In this document: positions 15,891 through 23,300 of the stretch, one piece after another | Layout of the letters: every line of letters begins with the position of its first letter | How positions within the stretch are numbered: position 1 is the stretch's first letter | From: a virus | IMG/VR virus record: IMGVR_UViG_3300045988_181603 | Location: 1 to 24,139 of that record | Length of the DNA: 24,139 nucleotides | Reading direction: 5' to 3' (one strand) | Notes under the pieces: model-generated | The model's input: the letters and a program-made list of their open reading frames with translations, nothing else | Told to the model about the DNA's origin: nothing | Database searches by the model: none | Translations under genes and position numbers: made by a program

Positions 15891-16697
15891 ATGACACGAG
15901 AAGCATTACAAGAACAAAATAAGCAACTTCTTCAGGAACTGAAAGAAGCCAGAGCGCAGATTCAGCGGCTACAACAGATGGTTGAGAAATTAAATGATGC
16001 AACTGATGAAGCCTATCTCAAATCAAGATATTATGAAGCTGATCAGGCCTGCATGAAGTATTTAAAGAATCAAGTAGAAACATTAAAGAGCCAGCTTTCA
16101 AATAGCCAGGAAAAGAACCGGAAAGCAAATGAAGAAATCAAGCTGCTGAATTTAGAGAGGGATTCTGCCATTGAAAACATGGCATACGCTCAAGACATAC
16201 GAAGCGACGCTTACAAAGATTCATGGCACTACAAGACGTTAACCCATGAACTTGAAGTTGCTCATAGTGATTGTAGACGGTTAAAATTTGCGAATAAACA
16301 GCTTCAAGAAAGCAATGAAGTCCTTCAGCAAAAGGTTGAGGACTTGAAATACAGTGTTGAGGAACGGCATAAAGAAACAATAGAAGCGTACAAGTCTATG
16401 TCTGAAATGCGTGATAAGCACGAGAAAGAACTTTCAAAGTCACAGCGGAAAATCTGGAAACTGGAAGACGAGAATAAAAAGTTTCAGGAACGTTCGGAAA
16501 ATTTGAAGAATCCGTTTAGAGCCGGCAGGAAGAAGAACAATGATAAACAGAAAGAAAAGTATAAGATGTTCAGTAACCTTGTCAGAGCGGGAATCTCCAT
16601 GGAGAACATCATGGAAACTATGCAGATTAGTCGCAGTACTTATTTCAGATTTTTGAAAAGACATAAAGAAGATTGTATGAATAATAGCAGTAAATAA
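15891..16697 (+). CDS. Coiled-coil protein with a C-terminal resolvase-type (HTH_7-like) helix-turn-helix
   Basis: AAAGGAG RBS. About 200 aa of heptad-rich sequence, then GRKKNNDKQKEKYKMFSNLVRAGISMENIMETMQISRSTYFRFLKR. Confidence 0.6.
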   Translation: MTREALQEQNKQLLQELKEARAQIQRLQQMVEKLNDATDEAYLKSRYYEADQACMKYLKNQVETLKSQLSNSQEKNRKANEEIKLLNLERDSAIENMAYAQDIRSDAYKDSWHYKTLTHELEVAHSDCRRLKFANKQLQESNEVLQQKVEDLKYSVEERHKETIEAYKSMSEMRDKHEKELSKSQRKIWKLEDENKKFQERSENLKNPFRAGRKKNNDKQKEKYKMFSNLVRAGISMENIMETMQISRSTYFRFLKRHKEDCMNNSSK

Positions 16698-16708
16698 ATT
16701 CGATGAAG

Positions 16709-16738
16709 CCTCGGTCAGTTTGACTGGGGTTTTATTTT
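16709..16738 (+). terminator. Rho-independent terminator
   Basis: cctcggtca / tgactgggg stem (two G-U pairs on the plus strand) followed by TTTTATTTT. Confidence 0.65.
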
Positions 16739-16850
16739 AATCTGAAATAGAAGATGCGTTTTCATACGTGTATATATTATATACGTTTATATCGTTTAAC
16801 GTTTAGGGGGCCTTGAAACCCTTGATTTTACTGGATTTTTGAGACATAAA

Positions 16851-16975
16851 AACGAGAAATATACAGTAATAAACGAGAAATATACAGTTTAAAAACGAGA
16901 TTTATACAGTTTGCAGAGAGAAAGCCATAATTTTAAAAACGAGAAAAACACAGTTTAAAACGAGAATTTTTACTT
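16851..16975 (+). repeat. Replication iterons (AACGAGAAATATACAGT, 4 good copies plus 1 degenerate) at 21-22 bp phasing
   Basis: Copies at 16851-16867, 16872-16888, 16894-16910, 16938-16954 and 16959-16975. An AT-rich tract lies at 16745-16800. All sit directly upstream of the rep gene. Confidence 0.85.
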
Positions 16976-17031
16976 GAACTTTATCGTTTTAAATGATATG
17001 ATTTATTCATCATTTGTATGGGGGATTTTAT

Positions 17032-17955
17032 ATGGATTTAGCAGAGCATATCTGGAGCACGGATGAAAATAATGAATTGAAAAAACGAGAGATAGACACT
17101 CGTGAATCTGTCCGGACTGTTACATCAAATCAATTTATAACAGCCTGTGGGTTGGAAAATATAAGCCTAAAGGCAAGGAAACTTCTATATGTAGCAATTG
17201 GCCAGTGCAGAGTAACGGATACAGAATTTTATGAGTATTCTCTTTCTGTTAGGGATTTTGCCGCATTGATGGATGTGGACCCCAGTAATGTTTACAGAGA
17301 GGGAGAGTCAATTGCGGATGAACTTTCTAAGGGGTTTATAAAAATCAAACCGGAAAGCAGCACTGTTAAATTCAAGAATTATCCGTTATTCGCGGAATGC
17401 TATATGGACAATGCTAATATCGTTTTTGCTTTAAATAAGCGAATGACCGATTATTTTCTCATGATAAAGGGGAGCTTTACACAGCCATTACTGGCAGATT
17501 TCTTAAAAATGAAAAGTCCTTACAGCATGGCAATTTGGCATCTTATGCAACGAGAGATGAACAGTCAGAAGCCAGGATTAACTCAGACAATAGCTTTTCA
17601 ATTAAGTTTGCAGGAGATACGAGAAGTTACCGGCACTCAGAAGAAATTTGAACGTTTAAGCGATATTAAAAGATATGTGTTGGATAAAGCAATTAGAGAA
17701 ATCGAAGAGAATTGTGGCGTTGTGATCACATACACAAATATCAAGAGAGGTAGAACTGTGACGGGATTTCAGTTTGAGGCAGTATCTGAATTTCATGTAG
17801 ATCCATCTAAAATTAAGCAGTCTACCAGAAATAAAGTAAATGTGAGAAAAACACAGCCGATGATAGAACCCCCAAATAGCGTAAAAAAATCTGCAAATAA
17901 AAATGAAGTACCTGGACAGGAAAGCATATTTGATATTTTGGAAAAATTGCAGTAG
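17032..17955 (+). CDS. rep: Rep_3 (RepB-like) theta-replication initiator protein
   Basis: VTSNQFITACGLENISLKARKLLYVAIGQ..., YSMAIWHLMQ..., LSLQEIREVTG...RLSDIKRYVLDKAIREIEENCGVVITYTNIKRGRTVTGFQFE match the Rep_3 pattern. Iterons lie upstream. A TGaTATGAT -10 lies near 16994. Confidence 0.85.
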   Translation: MDLAEHIWSTDENNELKKREIDTRESVRTVTSNQFITACGLENISLKARKLLYVAIGQCRVTDTEFYEYSLSVRDFAALMDVDPSNVYREGESIADELSKGFIKIKPESSTVKFKNYPLFAECYMDNANIVFALNKRMTDYFLMIKGSFTQPLLADFLKMKSPYSMAIWHLMQREMNSQKPGLTQTIAFQLSLQEIREVTGTQKKFERLSDIKRYVLDKAIREIEENCGVVITYTNIKRGRTVTGFQFEAVSEFHVDPSKIKQSTRNKVNVRKTQPMIEPPNSVKKSANKNEVPGQESIFDILEKLQ

Positions 17956-17967
17956 GAAGGTATGGAT

Positions 17968-18069
17968 ATGACGGAAAAACAAAGAATCATGATTCAAGAA
18001 CTGGAAGATTTTATGTCCTGTTATAAGGGGCTTTATGACTTAATAGATACCTTGATGGATAGATGGTAA
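17968..18069 (+). CDS. Possible small protein (33 aa), not in the ORF track
   Basis: ATG 7 nt after AGGAAGG, immediately after the rep stop. Confidence 0.3.
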   Translation: MTEKQRIMIQELEDFMSCYKGLYDLIDTLMDRW

Positions 18070-18178
18070 AAATAATATTACATTATTTACTAGATTATGA
18101 TAGAGTAAATTTATAATATACAGATTATAGTCTGATAATGATCAAATATCTATCCATACAGAAAAGAGGAGAAGGATA

Positions 18179-19162
18179 ATGGATTTATCTACAATAGAAA
18201 AGGAAATTCAAACTGTTATTGAAGCAGATAAAGCATCATGGATAAGAATTTATCAGTTGATGTCAGAGGTAGAATCAGAGAAATTATATGAGAATACTTA
18301 TAGCTCCTATACTCAATGGGTAAATAAAATTGCTGAGAACATGCATATTCATGTATCACTGTTATGGCGCAGAAAAAAAGCAGGAGCTTTTTATAGTGAA
18401 TATTTAAAGCGAATGGAAGCCAGAGGAAAGAAAGTTTCTTTTGATGATATTGAGAGAGTATCACCAGACAATTTAGTTCTGGCAGAGAGAATTGCTGGTA
18501 ATAATACTGCAATTGCGGATCAGCTGATTGAGAAAATACAGCAAGGAGAACTTAAGCGAAAAGACTTATCAAGCGCATTGGCAGCAGCTAAACGTTGTCG
18601 AGCTGAAAAAGGTATTCCTGATCCAGTTAATGGGTATGATAAGCAGAAGCTCCAAGAGCAGAAAGAAACAGACGAAGCAATCAAACCTGATCAGAAAAAA
18701 ATTACTGCAATGGATATTATGGCAGCTCTTGAGATATACCGGCATTGGATAGGAGAGCCTATTGAGAAGCAGGGACGGGTACCAAAATATAAAGTATTTG
18801 GAGAATTTGCTGTTGATTCTCCGGGAACACGAAATGCCAGGAGAATTGACGCTTTAGTTGCAGAAACAATTACTGCAAAATATCCCAGACAAATAAAATT
18901 GCATGGAATTGAGATAAAAGTATCTCGATCAGATTTAGAACATGATGATAAAATGGCAGAATATACCCAGTATGTTGACTGCTTCTGGATTGCAATACCA
19001 CCGCATCTTGTGGATGATGCTAAGGACCTGGCAATGCCTTGTTGGGGAATTTTATCTGTTGACGAAGAAAAACTGGAAGTAGTTCGAAATGCTTCTAACA
19101 ATGCGGAATATGGCATATTCAGAGATGTTGCGCTGTCAGAAATCATATATAAATTAATGTAG
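18179..19162 (+). CDS. Two-domain protein: N-terminal helical/DNA-binding-like region + C-terminal MmcB-like PD-(D/E)xK nuclease fold
   Basis: RRIDALVAE...LHGIEIKVSRSDLEHDDKMAEYTQYVDCFWIAIP resembles the D...E-x-K core and K-x-x-Y segment of the MmcB/DUF1052 family. Confidence 0.5.
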   Translation: MDLSTIEKEIQTVIEADKASWIRIYQLMSEVESEKLYENTYSSYTQWVNKIAENMHIHVSLLWRRKKAGAFYSEYLKRMEARGKKVSFDDIERVSPDNLVLAERIAGNNTAIADQLIEKIQQGELKRKDLSSALAAAKRCRAEKGIPDPVNGYDKQKLQEQKETDEAIKPDQKKITAMDIMAALEIYRHWIGEPIEKQGRVPKYKVFGEFAVDSPGTRNARRIDALVAETITAKYPRQIKLHGIEIKVSRSDLEHDDKMAEYTQYVDCFWIAIPPHLVDDAKDLAMPCWGILSVDEEKLEVVRNASNNAEYGIFRDVALSEIIYKLM

Positions 19163-19435
19163 AATTTCTATTTTACTAGATAATGTTCTAGTAAAAGGCT
19201 GTAAGGGGAGCATCTCGGAAAAGTAAGGAAATACGGCTGTAAGAGCGGTGTACCTTCGGGTACGATCGTGTCAAAAATGAAAAAAAATGACATTAGTATA
19301 CTGTTGAAAATATGAGAAATTATGATATTATAAAGTCAAGATGCAGTAGCTCATGGTTGATAGCATAGAACAATATATTATAAGATATTACAGAACTTCC
19401 GTTAAATAAAAATTATTATTTTGGAGGTAATGTAT

Positions 19436-19702
19436 ATGTACAGCTTAACAACATTAAGAAAAAGAGCCTATGAGGCTGGTTATAGAATCGAGAAAGGATT
19501 TCAGCATTATATGTATAACGGTGCTGTTTGCAGAGATTGCAACGGGGATGCGTATACGGGATATAATGTGTGGGATTTATCGAATAATCAACTTGTATGG
19601 GGAAGTGGTTGCTATGATGGTAATTATGATCACTTATGTACATTGGAAGATGTTGAAGAGTTTTTAAAAGAAGCATATGAGAGAGCCGGGTTGACCTGGT
19701 AA
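19436..19702 (+). CDS. Hypothetical Cys/Tyr-rich small protein (88 aa)
   Basis: ATG 8 nt after GGAGG; no recognised motif. Confidence 0.5.
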   Translation: MYSLTTLRKRAYEAGYRIEKGFQHYMYNGAVCRDCNGDAYTGYNVWDLSNNQLVWGSGCYDGNYDHLCTLEDVEEFLKEAYERAGLTW

Positions 19703-19730
19703 TTTTCTCACTACCATGAAAAGACTGCAG

Positions 19731-19778
19731 AAAACAGGAATTATCTTTTAACGGGGATATTTCCTGTTTTTTTGTTTT
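19731..19778 (+). terminator. Rho-independent terminator
   Basis: aaaacaggaa / ttcctgtttt stem followed by TTTGTTTT. Confidence 0.65.
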
Positions 19779-19800
19779 AAAAGACGCCAAAAGTTGTATA

Positions 19801-19829
19801 TTGATTTCAAATTTAACATATGCTATAAT
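19801..19829 (+). promoter_or_regulatory. Strong promoter of the antitoxin-like sRNA
   Basis: TTGATT - 17 bp - TGcTATAAT. Confidence 0.65.
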
Positions 19830-19835
19830 GCCAAT

Positions 19836-19904
19836 AGGCAAAAACGATGTGAGTATCCATGTTGGTACTCGAAAAGCCCCGGAGGTACGAACTCCGGGGC
19901 TTTT
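19836..19904 (+). ncRNA. Candidate type I antitoxin sRNA (RNA II-like, ~68 nt)
   Basis: Runs from the promoter above to the intrinsic terminator. It carries AAAAACGATGTGA and TCCATGTTGG, which also occur at 20014-20040 and are therefore complementary to the minus-strand toxin mRNA start region. Confidence 0.55.
19872..19904. terminator. Bidirectional intrinsic terminator shared by the convergent sRNA and toxin mRNA
   Basis: AAAA-gccccggag-gtacgaa-ctccggggc-TTTT. Confidence 0.75.
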
Positions 19905-19949
19905 CTATTCCGTTTAGGCAGGGTGGCTTGTTCCCTAGGCTGGCTACCT

Positions 19950-20036
19950 TTACTTATCTCCATCCAACCATTTGCAAATGTAGTAGGCAACTACACTCGC
20001 CAAAATAGAGAGTAAAAACGATGTGAATAACTCCAT
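19950..20036 (-). CDS. Type I toxin candidate, Fst/Ldr-like, 28 aa, not in the ORF track
   Basis: MELFTSFLLSILASVVAYYICKWLDGDK: one TM helix plus a charged tail. GGGGGTGA SD 7 nt upstream. Minus-strand TGaTATAAT -10 at 20093-20085. Confidence 0.6.
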   Translation of the reverse strand: MELFTSFLLSILASVVAYYICKWLDGDK

Positions 20037-20261
20037 GTTGGACTCACCCCCTCTCTGCACCTGTCTAGGGGCGGTAGCTCAACCATTATATCATAATTTG
20101 TTCTGTAAAACATTTCTTTTTTATTTCCCCAAAATCGAATTCGAATTCACTTTTTTAGTTCCTGACAGTGAAATGAGCAATCATTCATCCTCTATCAGGA
20201 CTTTTTTATTTTCGGAGTTTTTTATCATTATGTAATTGTCAAAGAAAAACGACAGGAGCTT

Positions 20262-20585
20262 GTTGGAAAAAAGAAAACTGCCGCCACCCGAAGAGGGAAA
20301 AGGGCAGAGTCAGCAACTGATCAGAGGCGTTTCACGTTAGCCGCCTATCCATTGGATAAATGAACGTGAGCAATTCCGGAGCTGATACCGGAAAGACTTG
20401 CAGGAAGTCTATAGAAATATCGCTTTATACGAGTTTTTTGAACGTATAAAGGGATATGTGCCAGAATTCCGGTCGATCTGGTTCCTGAGACGAGGCCGAA
20501 ACATGAACCATAACATGAGCAGCAGGGGATGTCGTGAAACGTGACGCCCCCCCCTAAAGTGCTAAAAATGTGGGTATGCTTAGCC
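20262..20585 (-). ncRNA. Candidate structured ncRNA of unknown class (strand tentative)
   Basis: At least 6 perfect local hairpins: 20349-20361, 20374-20393, 20395-20409, 20423-20451, 20461-20481 and 20480-20509. A 9-bp long-range pairing joins 20328-20336 and 20534-20542. Minus-strand TTGTGT - 16 bp - TGaTACTAT promoter at 20619-20592. Terminator-like hairpin plus T-run ending near 20265. No RBS-preceded ORF. Confidence 0.35.
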
Positions 20586-20634
20586 TTAAGAATAGTATCA
20601 CTAATTAATTTTGACACAATGGGAGGGAGAACGG

Positions 20635-21486
20635 ATGGGACACAAAAATAAAAAATCATTAATCCGGCAGACTCAGGAAAGGCTGGATAGTATGCTTGCG
20701 ATTGGTCAGAGCAAATACGAGGACAAAAAATTAGATCTTACAGAGAGAAAAATATATAGCTGGAATACCTATCGGAGCTATCTGCAACAATGCTGCCAGT
20801 TCGTCCGGTATTGCAGAGACAATCATCATTGTAAGAATCTGGCAGACTGCCGACAGTACGTGGGAGAATGGATGGAGAGCCGGAAGGACCTTTCAGCATA
20901 TACTCAGAAGCTGTCTGCAAGTGCACTCTGTAAGCTATATGGCGAATCCCTGGAAGAACTAGAGATAACCACCAAACGAGCCGCCAGAAGCGAAATAACA
21001 CGCTCCAGAGGGACAGCGAAAAGGGATGCACATTTCTCAGAACAGAAAAACGCTGATTTTGTCGAATTTTGCCGCTCAACCGGTTTACGACGGTCAGAAA
21101 TAACAAAGCTCCGCGGAGATCAGCTCATTGAGAGGGATGGCGAACATTATATCTGTATCACTGGAAAGGGAGGAAGGTACCGGGAAGCTCCTGTATGTGG
21201 CAATGTGGAGCTTGTGATCAGAAAGATGCAGGCAGCAGGGACAGGGAAAGTATGGAAAAAAGTGCCGTCAAATGCTGATATTCATTCATATCGGGCGGAT
21301 TATGCGACAAGGATATATTCCAGTCATGCCCGACCAATTGAAGAGATTCTGCAGAAAGAGCGGTATATTTGCCGGAAAGATAAAGCAGGGATTGTGTACG
21401 ATAAGGTTGCCATGTTAGAAGCATCAAAAGCACTTGGACATAACAGGATCAGTGTTGTGGGGGAGCATTATCTCCGGATAGAGTAA
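20635..21486 (+). CDS. Tyrosine recombinase (phage integrase / Xer-like family)
   Basis: GLRRSE (Arg I), GKGGRYR (Lys), IHSYRADYAT (His-x-x-Arg), LGHNR, GEHYL (Tyr nucleophile). ATG 6 nt after GGGAGGGA. Confidence 0.9.
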   Translation: MGHKNKKSLIRQTQERLDSMLAIGQSKYEDKKLDLTERKIYSWNTYRSYLQQCCQFVRYCRDNHHCKNLADCRQYVGEWMESRKDLSAYTQKLSASALCKLYGESLEELEITTKRAARSEITRSRGTAKRDAHFSEQKNADFVEFCRSTGLRRSEITKLRGDQLIERDGEHYICITGKGGRYREAPVCGNVELVIRKMQAAGTGKVWKKVPSNADIHSYRADYATRIYSSHARPIEEILQKERYICRKDKAGIVYDKVAMLEASKALGHNRISVVGEHYLRIE

Positions 21487-21506
21487 AATCTTGACGATGA
21501 TAAAAA

Positions 21507-21540
21507 ACCCCTGCTTACTCGCAATTGAGAAAACAGGGGT
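21507..21540. terminator. Bidirectional terminator between convergent genes
   Basis: acccctg / caggggt stem flanked by an A-run and a T-rich tract. Confidence 0.55.
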
Positions 21541-21547
21541 GATATTT

Positions 21548-22663
21548 TTAATTTCTTTCTATGTATTTTGGCATAAAGTATGCAGAATTGTGACCGTCCC
21601 ACTTATTAACAGCATAATTTATAATTTTGCCATAAAGAGTTATATATGTTCCCGGTGCGAAATCGCTTCCGCTATATCCTGTGTTCAAAGAATACAAAAT
21701 ACCCAGATCTTTACTACTGCCGTAACTGTCAGTGTCTTTAGAATAAATTCCAACCATGCTTATTGTTTTGTCAAGATTGTATTTTTGTATTAATTCCATG
21801 ACTTGCGCATCATAATATTTTTTAGAATTAATTACACCAGAATCTTCTATGTACAATTTGACTTTTACATACTCGCCTTCAAGGTTAATGTCAGAAAACG
21901 CAATATCTTCATACCACATTTCTTTGCACCTTGACTTAAAATCCTGTTCTGATAATTCAACTCCTTCAATAATTTTTCCGGACTCATTTGAATAATCTTG
22001 TTTGCCTTGTTCAAATAATTGAGCCGGTTCACCACCAGTAGCAGATATATTAGAGTTGTCCAATTGGACTTCCCCGAGAGATATTCCATTAACAAGCCCT
22101 GTAACTGTCATATAATCACCCTCGGACAAATCTGAACGCGGTTCGAGAAGAGTCACATAGAATTTTCCGGCAGCATCATTGTCAATCTCGACAATATCTT
22201 CGCTTGCATAACTGATAGGGGCAGATATGGTAACATATTGATTGTTATATTCCTCGTAGTTATCAAACAGCTTTAGAGCTGGAAGAACAGTGGAATCTTC
22301 TATTGAAACTGGTTGTGGCACTGGGGTAGAAGTCGGCTCAGGGATAGGAGTATCTGTGATTTTTACATCTGAGGTTTCGGATGCCTTAGAACTAGAATCA
22401 GAATTATTCGTTCCAAAATGTCGCCCTGTCATAGCTACCACAACTATAATGATTATTACATATGATAAGCACCCAAGGTTTTGAGACTGAGCACCTTGAA
22501 CCTTTTGAGCTTTTTGAGCTTTACGGGCTTTTTTTAATTCCTTCTTATCCCTTCTTTCCTGTATAATTTCTGATGCACTTCTAAAAGGATGCCCGCAATA
22601 GGGACATACATCAGCGTGCCGGCTTATCTTGCGTTTGCAATCCGGGCATTTCATCAATCCCAT
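21548..22663 (-). CDS. Zinc-ribbon, single-pass membrane protein with a Pro/Thr linker and large extracytoplasmic domain
   Basis: CPDCKRKISRHADVCPYCGH zinc ribbon, Lys-rich segment, TM helix YVIIIIVVVAMTG, PIPEPTSTPVPQP linker. Strong GAAGGAGG RBS. Confidence 0.75.
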   Translation of the reverse strand: MGLMKCPDCKRKISRHADVCPYCGHPFRSASEIIQERRDKKELKKARKAQKAQKVQGAQSQNLGCLSYVIIIIVVVAMTGRHFGTNNSDSSSKASETSDVKITDTPIPEPTSTPVPQPVSIEDSTVLPALKLFDNYEEYNNQYVTISAPISYASEDIVEIDNDAAGKFYVTLLEPRSDLSEGDYMTVTGLVNGISLGEVQLDNSNISATGGEPAQLFEQGKQDYSNESGKIIEGVELSEQDFKSRCKEMWYEDIAFSDINLEGEYVKVKLYIEDSGVINSKKYYDAQVMELIQKYNLDKTISMVGIYSKDTDSYGSSKDLGILYSLNTGYSGSDFAPGTYITLYGKIINYAVNKWDGHNSAYFMPKYIERN

Positions 22664-22745
22664 TTTCTTTTTCCTCCTTCGTAAGAATTTGATATTTTTA
22701 CTATATCATTTTTTTTAGTATTATAAAATGTAAATTTACTTCTAT

Positions 22746-23040
22746 TTTCCTATGAAATCATACTGAATCATACATTAAAATGTTGTATAATATAAAATGT
22801 CAAAGTTGATACCAAATGATACTGAATGATACCTAAATATTTGATATAATGTATTATGTAAAAAGTTGAACCCAAATGAACCCTCGGAATTTGATATAAT
22901 ATATATGTATAAATGTATTTTTCTAACTTCCTATGAAAAAAGTATGGAATAGTATGATACAAAACTGCTATGATTATAATATAAAATATGACACTAGAAA
23001 CCACTGAAAAACACTTTGGTTTTTGATATAATAAATAAAT
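22746..23040 (+). repeat. Array of five degenerate ~50-70 bp units, each ending in a TTGATATAAT-type extended -10 box
   Basis: -10 boxes at 22786-22791, 22845-22850, 22895-22900, 22975-22980 and 23027-23032. Each is preceded by a unit-specific duplicated word: ATCATAC x2, GATAC(C) x3, GAACCC x2, GTATGxA x2, GAAAxCACT x2. Confidence 0.6.
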
Positions 23041-23053
23041 CAAAAGATATTTA

Positions 23054-23082
23054 AGCATCTGCAAATGAGCAGGTGCTTTTTT
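23054..23082 (+). terminator. Plus-strand intrinsic terminator directly after the promoter-like array
   Basis: agcatctgc / gcaggtgct stem. Its U-G pair is valid only on the plus strand. TTTTTT follows. Confidence 0.65.
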
Positions 23083-23117
23083 ATTATCATAAAATATTTA
23101 ATTTAAGAAAGGAGAAT

Positions 23118-23288
23118 ATGATGGTATTCGATGTAATCAAATTATTAACAACAGTTTTTTTAGCCCTGGTAGGAGGATATTTTTGCGTGAATGCCTGGAA
23201 CGAACGTGACGATTCAAATAACTTGATGGGAAATACGATTTGTGGTTTATTCATGATCCTGTCATTGGTTTGTATCTGGTATAAATAG
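23118..23288 (+). CDS. Small two-TM membrane protein (56 aa; alternative start 23121)
   Basis: AGGAG RBS. VIKLLTTVFLALVGGYFCV and ICGLFMILSLVCIWY hydrophobic helices. Confidence 0.5.
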   Translation: MMVFDVIKLLTTVFLALVGGYFCVNAWNERDDSNNLMGNTICGLFMILSLVCIWYK

Positions 23289-23300
23289 GAGGGCTGAAAA

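Noticed and set aside
19470-19841. 65-aa plus-strand ORF and 141-aa minus-strand ORF overlapping 19436..19702
   Set aside because: The frame with the GGAGG RBS and ATG at 19436 is preferred. The long minus-strand ORF crosses a terminator and the sRNA promoter and has no RBS.
20161-20215. Plus-strand hairpin tcctga...tcagga followed by a T-run, as a terminator of a defined gene
   Set aside because: The stem is only 6 bp with a ~29-nt loop, and no upstream plus-strand gene or promoter could be identified. It is left unassigned.
20483-20503. Hammerhead-ribozyme-like string cctgagacgaggccgaaac
   Set aside because: The CUGAnGA box is not satisfied (CUGAGAC). The would-be stem II is only 2 bp, and no cleavage-site helix could be drawn.
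20345-20659. 104-aa minus-strand ORF overlapping the structured region
   Set aside because: It starts inside the tyrosine recombinase gene on the opposite strand and has no RBS. Its sequence is dominated by the hairpin arms.
22768-23064. 98-aa minus-strand ORF across the promoter-like array; also considered as a CRISPR array
   Set aside because: The ORF is a low-complexity translation of AT-rich repeats (FYII, LYQxP) and has no RBS. It is not CRISPR: the conserved core is only ~10 bp, spacing is irregular (50-80 bp), there is no palindromic repeat, and no cas genes are present.
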